Positions 7,422 to 17,456 of a DNA stretch of 64,000 bases are shown here, piece by piece; the first letter of the stretch is position 1; each line of letters starts with the position of its first letter. Under the pieces are notes generated by a model, which saw only the letters and a program-made list of their open reading frames with translations, was not told the DNA's origin and did not search any database. This DNA comes from an uncultured Bryobacterales bacterium (GTDB lineage: Bacteria > Acidobacteriota > Terriglobia > Bryobacterales > UBA6623). Made by a program: the position numbers and the translations under genes. Location of the stretch: assembly GCA_964461235.1 (NCBI GenBank), contig CAYWUV010000013.1:10942-74941 (forward strand). The letters are read 5' to 3'.

Positions 7422-8924
7422 ATGATAGCCGCAATTCCACTCCTCATTGCACTGGCATCGCCGCTAATGGCGGAGCCGAAACTGGGAATTGTCGAATTCC
7501 CCAACAGTGGAGCCGCGGCCGCTCAGGAACCGTTCTTGCGGGGCGTGCTGCTCCTGCACAACTTCGAATACGATGACGCCGCCGAAGCGTTCCGAGAAGC
7601 CCAGAAGGCCGATCCTGGCTTTGCGCTGTCGTACTGGGGGGAGGCACTCTCGCATTACCGGCCTGTCTGGGGGCGCGAGAACCTCGAGAAGGGCAGGGCA
7701 GCGCTGGCGAAGGCATCCCCGGCGGAAAGAGCGACTGCGCGCGAGAACGGATTCCTGGAAGCCGCCCGGATTGTCTTTGGGGAAGGGGCTCGTGACGAGC
7801 GCTGGAAACAGTACTCCTCCGCGATGGAGAGGCTCTCGAGCGAATATCCCGACGATCAGGAAGCAAGGAGTTTGTATGCCGTTTCGCTGTTCGGTGTTAC
7901 CGGAGGGAAACGTGACCTCCGCACTTACATGAAGATTGCCTCAATCGCGGAACAGGTGTACATCGAGAATCCAGACCATCCCGGTGCCTTGCACTACCTG
8001 ATCCATGCCTTTGACGATCCGATCCATGCTCCCCTTGGGTTGCGTTATGCGCAGCGCTACGCGGGAGTGGCTTCGGCCGCGCCTCACGCGCAGCATATGC
8101 CCTCCCACGTGTTCCTCGCCCTGGGGATGTGGGACGAGTGCATTTCCTCCAATGTCGATTCGTGGAACTCCTCGGAAGCCAGGGTGAAGCGGCTGGGACT
8201 CGGTAGCGACGACAGGGGATATCACGCGCTCTGGTGGCTGCAGTACAGCTACCTCCAGAAGGGTTTGTTCGACAAGGCCAGAGATCGACTCTCGGTCATC
8301 GAGACCGATGCTGCTCGCTCGGGTTCGAAGTACTCCCGGAATCACCATGCCTATCTCCGTGCCCATTTCCTCGTGGAGACCGAGCAATGGACGGCTGACC
8401 TCGAGCCGGTCAACGACGAAGGCCTGGACCACAGGGCTTGGGGTGCCAATGCCTTGGCAGAGGGACTACGCGCCATCAATACCGGGCAGCTGGATTTAGC
8501 ACGCAAGTGGCACTCGAAGCTCAGCGCGAAGGCGGAGTCGCATGGACAGAAAGCCACGTCTCTTCCGATCGCCGCCTTGGAACTGGAAGCCCTACTCTTG
8601 CTCCGGGATGACAAGGCAGACAAGGCGGTAGGGAGGCTTCGTGCGGCAATTGCCCTCGAGGAGGAGACCCCCTTCGGGTATGGTCCGCCATTCCCGGTGA
8701 AGCCTGCCTTCGAACTGCTCGGAGAAACGCTTCTCGATCTCGGTCGAAACAAGGAGGCCCTTGAGGCTTTCGAGACTTCGCTGGGGCGGACGCCGAAACG
8801 GGCCTTGTCGCTGGTGGGGCTGCAAAGGGCAGCTGCAGCGGTCGGTGACAAGAATGCTGCCGCGCGGGCGTCGGCAGAACTGCAGGAATATCGGGCGAAC
8901 CGCCGGTTGGGCTCGTCCGACTAG
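7422..8924 (+). CDS. Secreted TPR-like repeat protein of unknown function
   Basis: 500 aa. Signal-like N-terminus (MIAAIPLLIALASPLMAEP), then helical-repeat sequence (FEYDDAAEAFREAQKADPGFALSYWGEA...; ...LLDLGRNKEALEAFETSL). Contains a His-rich stretch HYLIHAFDDPIHAPL...APHAQHMPSHVF. Confidence 0.6.
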   Translation: MIAAIPLLIALASPLMAEPKLGIVEFPNSGAAAAQEPFLRGVLLLHNFEYDDAAEAFREAQKADPGFALSYWGEALSHYRPVWGRENLEKGRAALAKASPAERATARENGFLEAARIVFGEGARDERWKQYSSAMERLSSEYPDDQEARSLYAVSLFGVTGGKRDLRTYMKIASIAEQVYIENPDHPGALHYLIHAFDDPIHAPLGLRYAQRYAGVASAAPHAQHMPSHVFLALGMWDECISSNVDSWNSSEARVKRLGLGSDDRGYHALWWLQYSYLQKGLFDKARDRLSVIETDAARSGSKYSRNHHAYLRAHFLVETEQWTADLEPVNDEGLDHRAWGANALAEGLRAINTGQLDLARKWHSKLSAKAESHGQKATSLPIAALELEALLLLRDDKADKAVGRLRAAIALEEETPFGYGPPFPVKPAFELLGETLLDLGRNKEALEAFETSLGRTPKRALSLVGLQRAAAAVGDKNAAARASAELQEYRANRRLGSSD

Positions 8925-8982
8925 CTGCTGAATTACGATCAGGCCCCGGGGGCCGCGTAGCCAATCCGGATCGGGTTTTGGG

Positions 8983-10977
8983 CTACCTGTTATCTGCCTC
9001 CGTCGACAAATCGGGTAGAGCGAATGACCAGAAGCCCAGTCCCGACGCGATGGCGACGTACTGTCTACCTCCGACCAGGTAGGTCATCGGAGACGCCTTC
9101 CAGTCCTGGTTGGCTTGGAAGTGCCAGAGCGGGGCTCCGGATTCGGCGTCCAACGCCGCGAATGCGCCGCTGTCCTCTCCGAAGAACACCAGCCCGCCAG
9201 CCGTTGAGAGAACACCCGAGTAGGTCGTGGAGTCGCCGGTCTGTGGGTAGTTCCAGACGATCTTCCCGGTCTGTATGTCCAAGGCTCGAATATGCCGCTG
9301 ATTCGGAGAGCCATCTGAGAGCCGGAAGGTGCCTCCCAGCCAAGACTTGCCTCGCTCCCACGGCCGGTCGTGCTTCGTGTAGAGCATGCAAGACTCGTGG
9401 ACCATCAAGTACAGGAGCTTTGTCTGGGGGCTGTAGGATGATGCCCACCAGTTGGTGGCGCCCCGAATCGCTGGGCACACCACGCTGCCTTCCTCGGTAG
9501 GATCGCTCCCGGGGAGGACGACTGGCCTCCCGTCCGCATCGATTCTCTCGGCCCATGTCTGCTCGATGAACGGCTCCCCGAGGAGGAACTCGCCGGTCAC
9601 TCTGTCCAGCACGTACATGAAGCCGTTGCGATTCCCCTGCACAAGCAGCTGGCGAGGCTCACCGCGAAACTCCTCGTCGATGAGTAGCAGCGGTTCCTGG
9701 GCGTCCCAGTCGTGCGTGTCGTGCGGCGTGAACTGGAAATACCAAATGAGATCGCCGGTCGCCGGATTGAGAGCGAGGACGGAATTCGTGTAGAGGTTAT
9801 CGCCTGGTCGTCGGTCCCCGTTGAGGTCCGGGCATGGATTCCCGGTTGCCCAGTAAAGGATATTGAGTTCGGGATCGTAGCTTCCGGTCAGCCAGGTTGC
9901 TCCGCATCCTTTTTCGAGGACTTCCGGTTCTCCCCAGGTTTCCGATCCCGGCTCTCCCGGCGCGGGAATCGTCCAAAAGCGCCAAGCGAGCTCCCCGGTC
10001 TCGGCGTGGTATGCGTCCAGGAAACCGCGCAGACCGGTGTCTCCCCCAGAAATCCCGAAATACACGAGGTCGCCCACGACCAGCGGTGCGGCAATCGCCC
10101 CGTAGTGATCGCGATAGTCGGCCATCTCAACGTCCCAAACTAGGCGGCCCGTCCAGCGGTTCAACGCGATGGCGTGCGCATGGTCGGTGACGGTGAACAA
10201 CAGGTCGCCGCGGATTGCGACGCCCCTGTTCAGGCCGATCGACGCGTCGCCCATCAACCCTTCCGTACGGGACCGCGAATACTGCCAGATCTCGCGGCCT
10301 GTTTCGGCGTCCAGAGCGAAGACCTGGTTGACCGCAGTGACATACATGATTCCGTCGATGACGATGGGCGTGCCCTCGATCATGCGTTGACCGCTGATCG
10401 GGAAGAACCATGCTGCTGCGAGGTCGCGGACGTTTCCGCGGTGGATCTGGGCGAGGGAGCTGTGACGGTTCCCCGTGTCGCTTCCGTGATAGGTCGGCCA
10501 ATCTGCACTGGGTCCGACGTCGGCTTGGCGGTACGCATCCCCGATCCGACGCAGCAGATGGATCCGACCGTTTGGGTCGCGGACCTGAGCGTCGAACCCG
10601 CTGGCGTTAAGGAGTTCCCCGCGGAGGGTCGTTCCACCGATGATTGGCAACGTCTGGACGGTCGGCTCCGCTTCCCCGGCAGAGCTTGATGCCAGGGCCT
10701 TCAAGTGAACTGCCAGCTTCTGCAGATCGACGTCTTCGAGTTCGAAAGGCGGCATCCCTGCGTTCGGGCGCCCCTCCCGGACCAGCGCCTTGATCGCATC
10801 GGCATCGCTGGCCTGCACGAACGAGAGTATGCTCGGCCCGCGATTGGTACCACGCCCGTCACCTGCATGGCATAGAATGCAATGCCTCTCGAAGAGATCG
10901 ACTCCGATGGAATTCGTCTGCTGGGCGTGAAGGGCCGTGGCGACAATCACGAATGCTGTGCAGGGGTAGAGGCGCAT
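8983..10977 (-). CDS. PQQ-dependent dehydrogenase (methanol/ethanol family-like) with an N-terminal cytochrome c domain
   Basis: 664 aa. Signal peptide, CILCH haem-c motif at about residue 34, then DWPTYHGSDTGNRHSSLAQI and repeated propeller/Trp-docking segments typical of quinoprotein dehydrogenases. Confidence 0.75.
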   Translation of the reverse strand: MRLYPCTAFVIVATALHAQQTNSIGVDLFERHCILCHAGDGRGTNRGPSILSFVQASDADAIKALVREGRPNAGMPPFELEDVDLQKLAVHLKALASSSAGEAEPTVQTLPIIGGTTLRGELLNASGFDAQVRDPNGRIHLLRRIGDAYRQADVGPSADWPTYHGSDTGNRHSSLAQIHRGNVRDLAAAWFFPISGQRMIEGTPIVIDGIMYVTAVNQVFALDAETGREIWQYSRSRTEGLMGDASIGLNRGVAIRGDLLFTVTDHAHAIALNRWTGRLVWDVEMADYRDHYGAIAAPLVVGDLVYFGISGGDTGLRGFLDAYHAETGELAWRFWTIPAPGEPGSETWGEPEVLEKGCGATWLTGSYDPELNILYWATGNPCPDLNGDRRPGDNLYTNSVLALNPATGDLIWYFQFTPHDTHDWDAQEPLLLIDEEFRGEPRQLLVQGNRNGFMYVLDRVTGEFLLGEPFIEQTWAERIDADGRPVVLPGSDPTEEGSVVCPAIRGATNWWASSYSPQTKLLYLMVHESCMLYTKHDRPWERGKSWLGGTFRLSDGSPNQRHIRALDIQTGKIVWNYPQTGDSTTYSGVLSTAGGLVFFGEDSGAFAALDAESGAPLWHFQANQDWKASPMTYLVGGRQYVAIASGLGFWSFALPDLSTEADNR

Positions 10978-11584
10978 TGGGCGATGGGGCGGGGGAGGCT
11001 GCGTGGGTGGCCCGTATGCTCTCGGGCACTTGTCAGTCCGGTTCGGCGCTGTCGGCGACTCTCTCGATTCTATTGCGCTGAGACTGCGTGTCTCGCCTAG
11101 GAGCAGCCTGCTTCCTACACGGGAAGGACGAAACAGCGCATGACCCGGAGGTCAAGCCCAACCTGGGGGCAGACTCCTCCCGAGGCGTCTCGATGGTGGC
11201 TGCTTGACGAACAGCCCCAAGTCTTCCGTCGACTATGAGGAAGGGGCGCTTCGAACCGCGCATCGACGGGCGTTCGCAATGCGGTCAAGCTCCCACGCAG
11301 CCAGGTCCATCATGGTCGGACCGCCAAATGCGTCCAAAGAAGACTTGGTGTCCGTGACCTGTCGTCCGTGAGGTACACGCCATCATTGGCACTCCAGCTT
11401 CGAGCGTGGACCAAGTGAAAGTCCCTGGTAAATCGTTTCTTTGAAACTTGTCGCTCTACTGACGGGTGGCCTACAATGCTGGTCAGGTACCGCGATTCGG
11501 AAGGAGAACGACGGTCAGATTCGCCAGTCGCACGGCGACTCGAGAGGCACCGGAAACAGGCGCACGACCCGCGCCGATTCAACG

Positions 11585-14218
11585 ATGCAGTATTTACGGA
11601 CACTCCAATTCAGCCTTGCGGGAATGTCGGTCATAGGGGCAGCCTATGCTGCCGATTCGGGCGAAGACCTGTTCCGATCAACCGTCCAGCCGACGCTAAA
11701 GCAGCAGTGCCTCGGTTGCCACGGTGAGGGCAACACGTTTGCGGGTCTCGACCTTCGTAGCCGCGATGCCGCCTTGAAGGGAGGCCAGCGCGGGCCCGCG
11801 ATCGTCAGCGGCGATCCCGACGCCAGCCTGCTGCTGCGGGCTATCGAGCACGGCGGCGAACTGCAGATGCCGCCCGGTGGTCCGGAGAAGCGTCTTTCTC
11901 TCGAAGTAAGGGAAGCGTTCCGCCAATGGATCTCTTCCGGCGCTCCCTACCCGGCAGGAGAGGCCGCCACCAAATGGAATTTCGAAGAGGCGGACCTTTG
12001 GGCGTTCCGCCCGGTAGAGCGCGTCAGGCCACCGACCGACGGAATCGATTTGTCCGCTGTTAGGACTCCGGTGGACAACTTTGTCTCGGCAAAGCTGGTA
12101 GAGAAGGGAATCGAAGCGGGGCCCGTTGCCGACAAGCTTACGCTTCTTCGGCGCTTAACTTTCGACCTGACGGGCCTTCCGCCGACACCGGAGGAAGTGG
12201 ATTCGTTCCTGGCGGACAACTCCGCCGGGGCCTACAAGGCCTTGGTGGAACGTCTGCTCGACTCTCCGCGCTATGGCGAAAAATGGGGCCGCCACTGGCT
12301 GGACGTGACCCGCTACGCGGACACGGCAGGCTATTCCAATGACTTCGAATGGCCTAACGCTTGGCGCTACAGGGATTACGTGATTCGGAGCTTCAATCAG
12401 GACAAACCCTACGATCTCTTTGTACTGGAGCAGATCGCTGGCGACGAACTCTTCCCGGATGACCCCGAGGCCATCATCGCGACCGGGTTCCTGCGCACTG
12501 GCCCATGGGAGCACACCGGGATGTCGGTCGCCGCCGTCACGCGCCAGCTCTTCCTCGACGACGCAACGCATCATGTCGGGCAGTCGTTCCTAGGCCTAAC
12601 GCTCGGTTGCGCACGCTGTCATGATCACAAGTTCGACCCGATCCCCACAAAGGACTACTACCGCGTGCAAGCAGTCTTTGCGAGGACAGCGTTCGCCCGG
12701 CGACCGCTTCCATTCCTCGACTCCGAATCGACCACTGGATTCGATGAGGGCCGGAAGCCCTTCGAGGGACGAATCGCCGAACTGGAACGGCGCATGAACG
12801 ACCTGCACGAGGCGGCCCGAGAGCGCCTCGCCAAGGAGAAGGGTCCTGAAGCCGCCGCTGAGGCGGCAAGCGGCATCCTCCAGCGGTATATGGACAAGGA
12901 GCAAGCAGAGCTCCTGAAGCTGCTCCGCAAGCGGGTGACCATGCACAAACTGTCCGAGCTTCGGTTCGAGCCACTGGCCATGTCAGTGTCGAACGGATTG
13001 GTTTCTGAATGGGATACGGTTGCGTCTCGCAACAGTTACATGAAGAAGGCCGATTACGAGAGCGCGAAGACGTACGTACTCGTCGGCGGGGATGTTCAGG
13101 CCCCGTCGGAGGAAGTCAGCCCCGGAGTTCTCGAGGCTGTCGAACGCTACTCCGATCTCCCTCCTCCGAAGATGCCCGCAGGCTCGACCGGCCGGCGATC
13201 GGCGCTTGCCAAATGGATTGCCAGCTCTAGGAATCCCCTGACTGCCCGCGTGATGGTAAACCGCATCTGGCAGTACCACTTCGGGCGAGGCTTGGCAGCG
13301 AACCCCAACAATTTCGGGAAGATGGGCAAGAAGCCTACGCATCCGGAACTGCTCGACTGGCTCGCTGGGTTCTTCGTGGAGCAGGGCTGGAGCGTCAAGG
13401 CGGTCCACAGGGTTATCCTCTACTCCGATGCGTACCGTCGGGCGAGCGAGCATCCGGATCGCGATGCCCTTGACCAGAAGGATCCCGAGAATCTCTATCT
13501 GGCCCGCTTCTCGCCTCGCCGTCTCGCTGCCGAGGAGTTGCGAGACAGCATGCTCTCCGTCGCCGGGGAGTTGAGCGACCTATCCGGGGGTCCCGGCACG
13601 TACCCGCAAATCAATCAGGACGTGGCGCACCAGCCGCGTCACGCCATGGGGACCCTACGCCCTGTCTACGAGCCAGAACCGACCAGGAGGCGCCGCAACC
13701 GGCGGTCAATCTACAGCTTCCAGCAGCGGAGCCTGATGGACCCTATGGTCGAGGTCTTCAATGGTGCCAACCCAGATCTGACTTGCGAGCTCCGGGAGTC
13801 ATCCACCGTGCCTACCCAGGCATTTGCCCTGCTGAACGCCGAGCAGTCACGGGACATGGCGCTGATCATGGCCGAGCGGCTCGATGCGGTCCCCGATGAG
13901 GACCGCATCGACGCCGTGTTCCGGTTGGCATACGGTCGCCAGGCTTCGTCGGATGAGCGCGCATGGACGTCTGCCTTCCTCGAGCGTATGACGGCTCATC
14001 ACGCCGACAATCCGGCCCCTGTCCGGAAGGGTCCAGATGACATCGTCCACCACATCACGAGCGAGCTGACCGGCGAGCGATTCGAATTCGTCCAGCCCGC
14101 TTATTCGGGACCGTACGAACACAACCCGCACCCCAGCGAGGCCTCCCCCAAGACGCGCGCCCTTGCGGACTTGGCCCTCGCCCTGTTCAACTCGAACGAG
14201 TTCGCATACGTGTACTGA
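11585..14218 (+). CDS. PSCyt (planctomycete cytochrome c) + DUF1549 + DUF1553 protein
   Basis: ORF 11441-14218; ATG at 11585 gives a signal peptide (MQYLRTLQFSLAGMSVIGAAYA). Motifs: LKQQCLGCHG (CxxCH), DLTGLPPTPEEVDSF and SPRYGEKWGRHWLDV (DUF1549), GCARCHDHKFDP, NRIWQYHFGRGL (DUF1553). Confidence 0.85.
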   Translation: MQYLRTLQFSLAGMSVIGAAYAADSGEDLFRSTVQPTLKQQCLGCHGEGNTFAGLDLRSRDAALKGGQRGPAIVSGDPDASLLLRAIEHGGELQMPPGGPEKRLSLEVREAFRQWISSGAPYPAGEAATKWNFEEADLWAFRPVERVRPPTDGIDLSAVRTPVDNFVSAKLVEKGIEAGPVADKLTLLRRLTFDLTGLPPTPEEVDSFLADNSAGAYKALVERLLDSPRYGEKWGRHWLDVTRYADTAGYSNDFEWPNAWRYRDYVIRSFNQDKPYDLFVLEQIAGDELFPDDPEAIIATGFLRTGPWEHTGMSVAAVTRQLFLDDATHHVGQSFLGLTLGCARCHDHKFDPIPTKDYYRVQAVFARTAFARRPLPFLDSESTTGFDEGRKPFEGRIAELERRMNDLHEAARERLAKEKGPEAAAEAASGILQRYMDKEQAELLKLLRKRVTMHKLSELRFEPLAMSVSNGLVSEWDTVASRNSYMKKADYESAKTYVLVGGDVQAPSEEVSPGVLEAVERYSDLPPPKMPAGSTGRRSALAKWIASSRNPLTARVMVNRIWQYHFGRGLAANPNNFGKMGKKPTHPELLDWLAGFFVEQGWSVKAVHRVILYSDAYRRASEHPDRDALDQKDPENLYLARFSPRRLAAEELRDSMLSVAGELSDLSGGPGTYPQINQDVAHQPRHAMGTLRPVYEPEPTRRRRNRRSIYSFQQRSLMDPMVEVFNGANPDLTCELRESSTVPTQAFALLNAEQSRDMALIMAERLDAVPDEDRIDAVFRLAYGRQASSDERAWTSAFLERMTAHHADNPAPVRKGPDDIVHHITSELTGERFEFVQPAYSGPYEHNPHPSEASPKTRALADLALALFNSNEFAYVY

Positions 14219-14219
14219 C

Positions 14220-15641
14220 ATGAAACGCAGAGTTATCACAGCAAGGCCTTCGCGGCGGGAACTCCTGTACCACTCCGGAATGGGCCTGGGATCGATCGCC
14301 CTGACCGCGTTACTGCAGCGCGACCGTGCCTTCGGAGGCGCGCTGACCCCCAAGCGCGGCCACCACGCCGCAATGGCGAAGAGCTGCATCTTCCTGCTCA
14401 TGGAAGGCGGGCCGAGCCACATCGACACCTTCGACCCCAAGCACAAGCTCGCCGATCTGCATCTGACCGAGTTCGTGAAGGAGAAGAACAAGTTCGAGGC
14501 GACCATGAACACGGGCAAGCGCTACTTTGTCCAAAGCCCGTTCGAGTTCCGTCGCGCTGGTCAACTCGGCATCGAGATCAACGCGAAGCTCCGTAACTTC
14601 GCTGACTGCGTGGACGATATCTGCTTCTACCGGGGCTTGCAGGCGACGTCAGTCAACCATCCGACCGCGCTGTACCACCTCAATACCGGGAACCGGTTCG
14701 GCGGCGATCCAGCCGTCGGTTCCTGGGTGACCTACGGACTCGGCACGGAGAACCAAAATCTGCCTGGGTTTGTGGTTCTTCCCGACCTTGCGTATCCCCA
14801 AGGAGGGGCGGGGAACTGGTCCAACGGGTTCCTGCCTGCTCACTACCAAGGCACGCCGCTGCGGTCCCAGGGATCCCCCGTCCTAGACATGCGGCCGCCT
14901 GAGTACGTGACCGAGTTCCAGCAGCGCGAGACGCTCGATTTCTTGGGCCAGCTGAATCGCCGCCACATGGAGAGGAATCCTCGACACGATGAACTCTCGG
15001 CGCGGATCGAAAGCTACGAGTTGGCATTCCGCATGCAAGCTGAAATGCCCGAGGCGATCGATATCGATTCCGAAGCGGAGGCTACCAAGGAAATGTACGG
15101 CGTCGGGTCGGACGATTCCGAGGTCGACTCCATTGGCCGCCGGTGCCTGCTAGCGCGCAGGCTCGTCGAGAGAGGGGTCCGATTCGTTCAGGTGATTGTG
15201 TCCGGATGGGACTCGCACGATTACATCGAGAAGGCTCACGGGTCGAGGCTCGACTCGATCGATCGCCCGATAGCCGGCCTGCTGAAGGATCTCAAGCGCA
15301 CGGGACTCCTCGACGAAACACTGGTCGTCTGGGCCGGCGAATTCGGGCGCTCCCCGGACAATGGCATTCGTGGCGGCGGAACGGCGTTCGGCCGCGATCA
15401 CAATGCCCCGGCTATGGCGTTCTGGATGGCCGGAGGCGACGCCCCGCGCGGGAGGATCGTCGGGTCTACGGACGAGACCGGGCGCACGGCGGTGGAGGTC
15501 GTGCATCCGATCAAGAACATGCACGTCACCCTGCTGCACCTGCTGGGCCTCGACGATACCCGCCTCACCCACTTCGCACAGGGCCGGGACAAGCAGCTAA
15601 GTCAGACGGGCGGGGAACTGATCCGGGAACTAGTGGCCTAG
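14220..15641 (+). CDS. DUF1501 protein (sulfatase/alkaline-phosphatase-fold, Tat signal)
   Basis: ATG at 14220, 1 nt after the upstream stop. Twin-arginine signal PSRRELLYHSGMGLGSIAL. CIFLLMEGGPSHIDTFDPK and WAGEFGRSPD...GRDHN are DUF1501 hallmarks. Confidence 0.85.
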   Translation: MKRRVITARPSRRELLYHSGMGLGSIALTALLQRDRAFGGALTPKRGHHAAMAKSCIFLLMEGGPSHIDTFDPKHKLADLHLTEFVKEKNKFEATMNTGKRYFVQSPFEFRRAGQLGIEINAKLRNFADCVDDICFYRGLQATSVNHPTALYHLNTGNRFGGDPAVGSWVTYGLGTENQNLPGFVVLPDLAYPQGGAGNWSNGFLPAHYQGTPLRSQGSPVLDMRPPEYVTEFQQRETLDFLGQLNRRHMERNPRHDELSARIESYELAFRMQAEMPEAIDIDSEAEATKEMYGVGSDDSEVDSIGRRCLLARRLVERGVRFVQVIVSGWDSHDYIEKAHGSRLDSIDRPIAGLLKDLKRTGLLDETLVVWAGEFGRSPDNGIRGGGTAFGRDHNAPAMAFWMAGGDAPRGRIVGSTDETGRTAVEVVHPIKNMHVTLLHLLGLDDTRLTHFAQGRDKQLSQTGGELIRELVA

Positions 15642-15714
15642 CGCGTTCTGGAACGGCCACTCTGGCTTGCCACGGCACTCCGGCTGGCCGGTTGAAGGCA
15701 CAGGCTGGGACCCA

Positions 15715-17199
15715 TCACTCAGGGTTGGTCGAAACCCGGCGCAACAGGTTCAGCAGCTCCTCTTCGACCTTCACGGATGCTTGCTTCTCGACGACATTGG
15801 TACCCATCCATGTTTCGTACCCGCCGAGTTCGTGATGCTCAGGGGTCGGCAGGTACTTCTGCGCTCCGTTTGCCAACTCGATCACAAATGTGGGTTGCAA
15901 TGGACTCTGGCTCTTGATGGACAGACCTGTCTCGACAAAGGTTTCGAAGGGGAGGGCAGCGATTCCGATATCTCCGATACGAATCGCCTGAAGCACCACC
16001 GCGACTTGGTCGGGACCGTCGTGCAGGTCAACGGCGCGCTGTGCATAGATTACCTGTCTGACTGTTGCCGAGGCCGGACGCTCGGCAAGAAGCTGGCGGG
16101 ATCGCTCCAGAAGTTCGGCTGAGGGCTTTCGGAGGGCCAGCACCAGGTCCTCCTCCGTCATGTCGACTGTACCCTCGGGCGTGTGGTCAATCGAGCCGTA
16201 CGCGTTCAGCACGACGTCCACGAGTTCCGACGCCACGTGTCGGACCTGTTCAAACGGGTCCCTGCGCAGCCGGGGCTTCGAGAAGTCGAGGTTGTTGATG
16301 TTCCCGCTCGTTCCGTTGGAGAGGATGCCGACGAAGGCCTCGCCCGCACCGAGTCGCTCGCCGATCACCCTCGCGAACTCTCCGAAGTAGTCCGCAGAAA
16401 CTTGTCCGGACGGAATGCCGCCCACGTAGTGCAGTGAGTAGTTGGCGAGCAGTGCCATCGGACTTCCGGACCGCGATCTCACAGAAACCACGACCACCTC
16501 CGGGTCGATCGGGCCTGCCGGCTCCACGAGGTTGGGGTTCTCGAACCCTGGGTTCATCCGCACTCTGTCCGTGGTTCCGCCGAACGGGTCTGGCGGGATG
16601 CTCCCTTCCTGCATGAACCACCTCCGGTTGAACACTTGTCCCGGCAGAGAAGCACTGCCCCATCCGATCTCGGCTCGTTCCAGTCGGGCATGCGCCTCGA
16701 TGATCGACGAGGCAATGCCTTGGATCAGACGCTCGGAGTATCGCTCTTCATTCCCATCGTGGCGCTCGGTTTCGAGGCCTCGCAGGCCGATGCCCGGTGC
16801 GGGCGGAGGGGCGCTATGAGTGTGCGTTGCTGAAATTAGGATTCGTTCTGCGGGGAGCCCTATTGTCCTCTGCACTCGCTCCTTCGCCTCGTCGAGGGTC
16901 GCCGTTGGGATGTAACAGCTGTCGACTACAGCAAGCGCGATCGTGGAATCGCCGCTTTGAATCACCAGCGCCCGGGAATGCAGCGGGTCGTGAGCGCTGG
17001 ATGCCGGACGGTAGTTGAACGACCCAATGAGCGGCAGCGGCCACACTTGGGGAGTGATGTCAACGACCGCGGCACCTGCTAGGAATTGGCTCCGCCCCTG
17101 GCCGCTACATGAACAGGCAGCGACGACCGCGACCCCCGCAACGACGCTGCGCACAATCGCCGCTCGGAAGCCGGATTTGGTGGTAGATGGAGATCGCAT
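15715..17199 (-). CDS. Neutral/alkaline ceramidase-like hydrolase
   Basis: ORF to 17256; ATG at 17199 (MRSPSTTKSGF...). AGAAVVDITP, DPLHSRALVI, AVVDSC and ISATHTHSAPP match the neutral ceramidase N-terminal domain pattern. Confidence 0.6.
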   Translation of the reverse strand: MRSPSTTKSGFRAAIVRSVVAGVAVVAACSCSGQGRSQFLAGAAVVDITPQVWPLPLIGSFNYRPASSAHDPLHSRALVIQSGDSTIALAVVDSCYIPTATLDEAKERVQRTIGLPAERILISATHTHSAPPPAPGIGLRGLETERHDGNEERYSERLIQGIASSIIEAHARLERAEIGWGSASLPGQVFNRRWFMQEGSIPPDPFGGTTDRVRMNPGFENPNLVEPAGPIDPEVVVVSVRSRSGSPMALLANYSLHYVGGIPSGQVSADYFGEFARVIGERLGAGEAFVGILSNGTSGNINNLDFSKPRLRRDPFEQVRHVASELVDVVLNAYGSIDHTPEGTVDMTEEDLVLALRKPSAELLERSRQLLAERPASATVRQVIYAQRAVDLHDGPDQVAVVLQAIRIGDIGIAALPFETFVETGLSIKSQSPLQPTFVIELANGAQKYLPTPEHHELGGYETWMGTNVVEKQASVKVEEELLNLLRRVSTNPE

Positions 17200-17456
17200 C
17201 GATGAGGTCCTGCTCCGCGGTCGATTGTACCCACTGACGCTCTCGGGCCCGTCCAATCTTATGGTCTTACGCCGCCAGCTTGGTGGTCCTCACGCTCATT
17301 CTTCCGGTTGCACGGACTGGCCGGTAGGCTTGCCCAACGACAGTGGTGGATGAACGTCTTTCGGTCCGTCGTAAGGACAAAACCCCTGCTCGCCGCCGCG
17401 GGCGAAGGTCTCCTTCCAACATAATTTCCCAATCGGCTGCTAGGCTGAGAGCTACG

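Noticed and set aside
8942-8954. GGCCCCGGGGGCC palindrome between the convergent TPR and PQQ-dehydrogenase genes, considered as a bidirectional terminator
   Set aside because: The stem is very short, there is essentially no loop and no adjacent U-tract. It was noted but not called.
11441-11584. N-terminal extensions offered by the ORF table (for example 11441, 14163, 17343, 19939, 46705, 54854, 55465, 61141)
   Set aside because: In each case an internal ATG/GTG yields a proper signal peptide, Tat motif or canonical family N-terminus, often with start/stop coupling to the upstream gene. The extensions are Arg/Ser/Pro-rich and overlap the neighbours.
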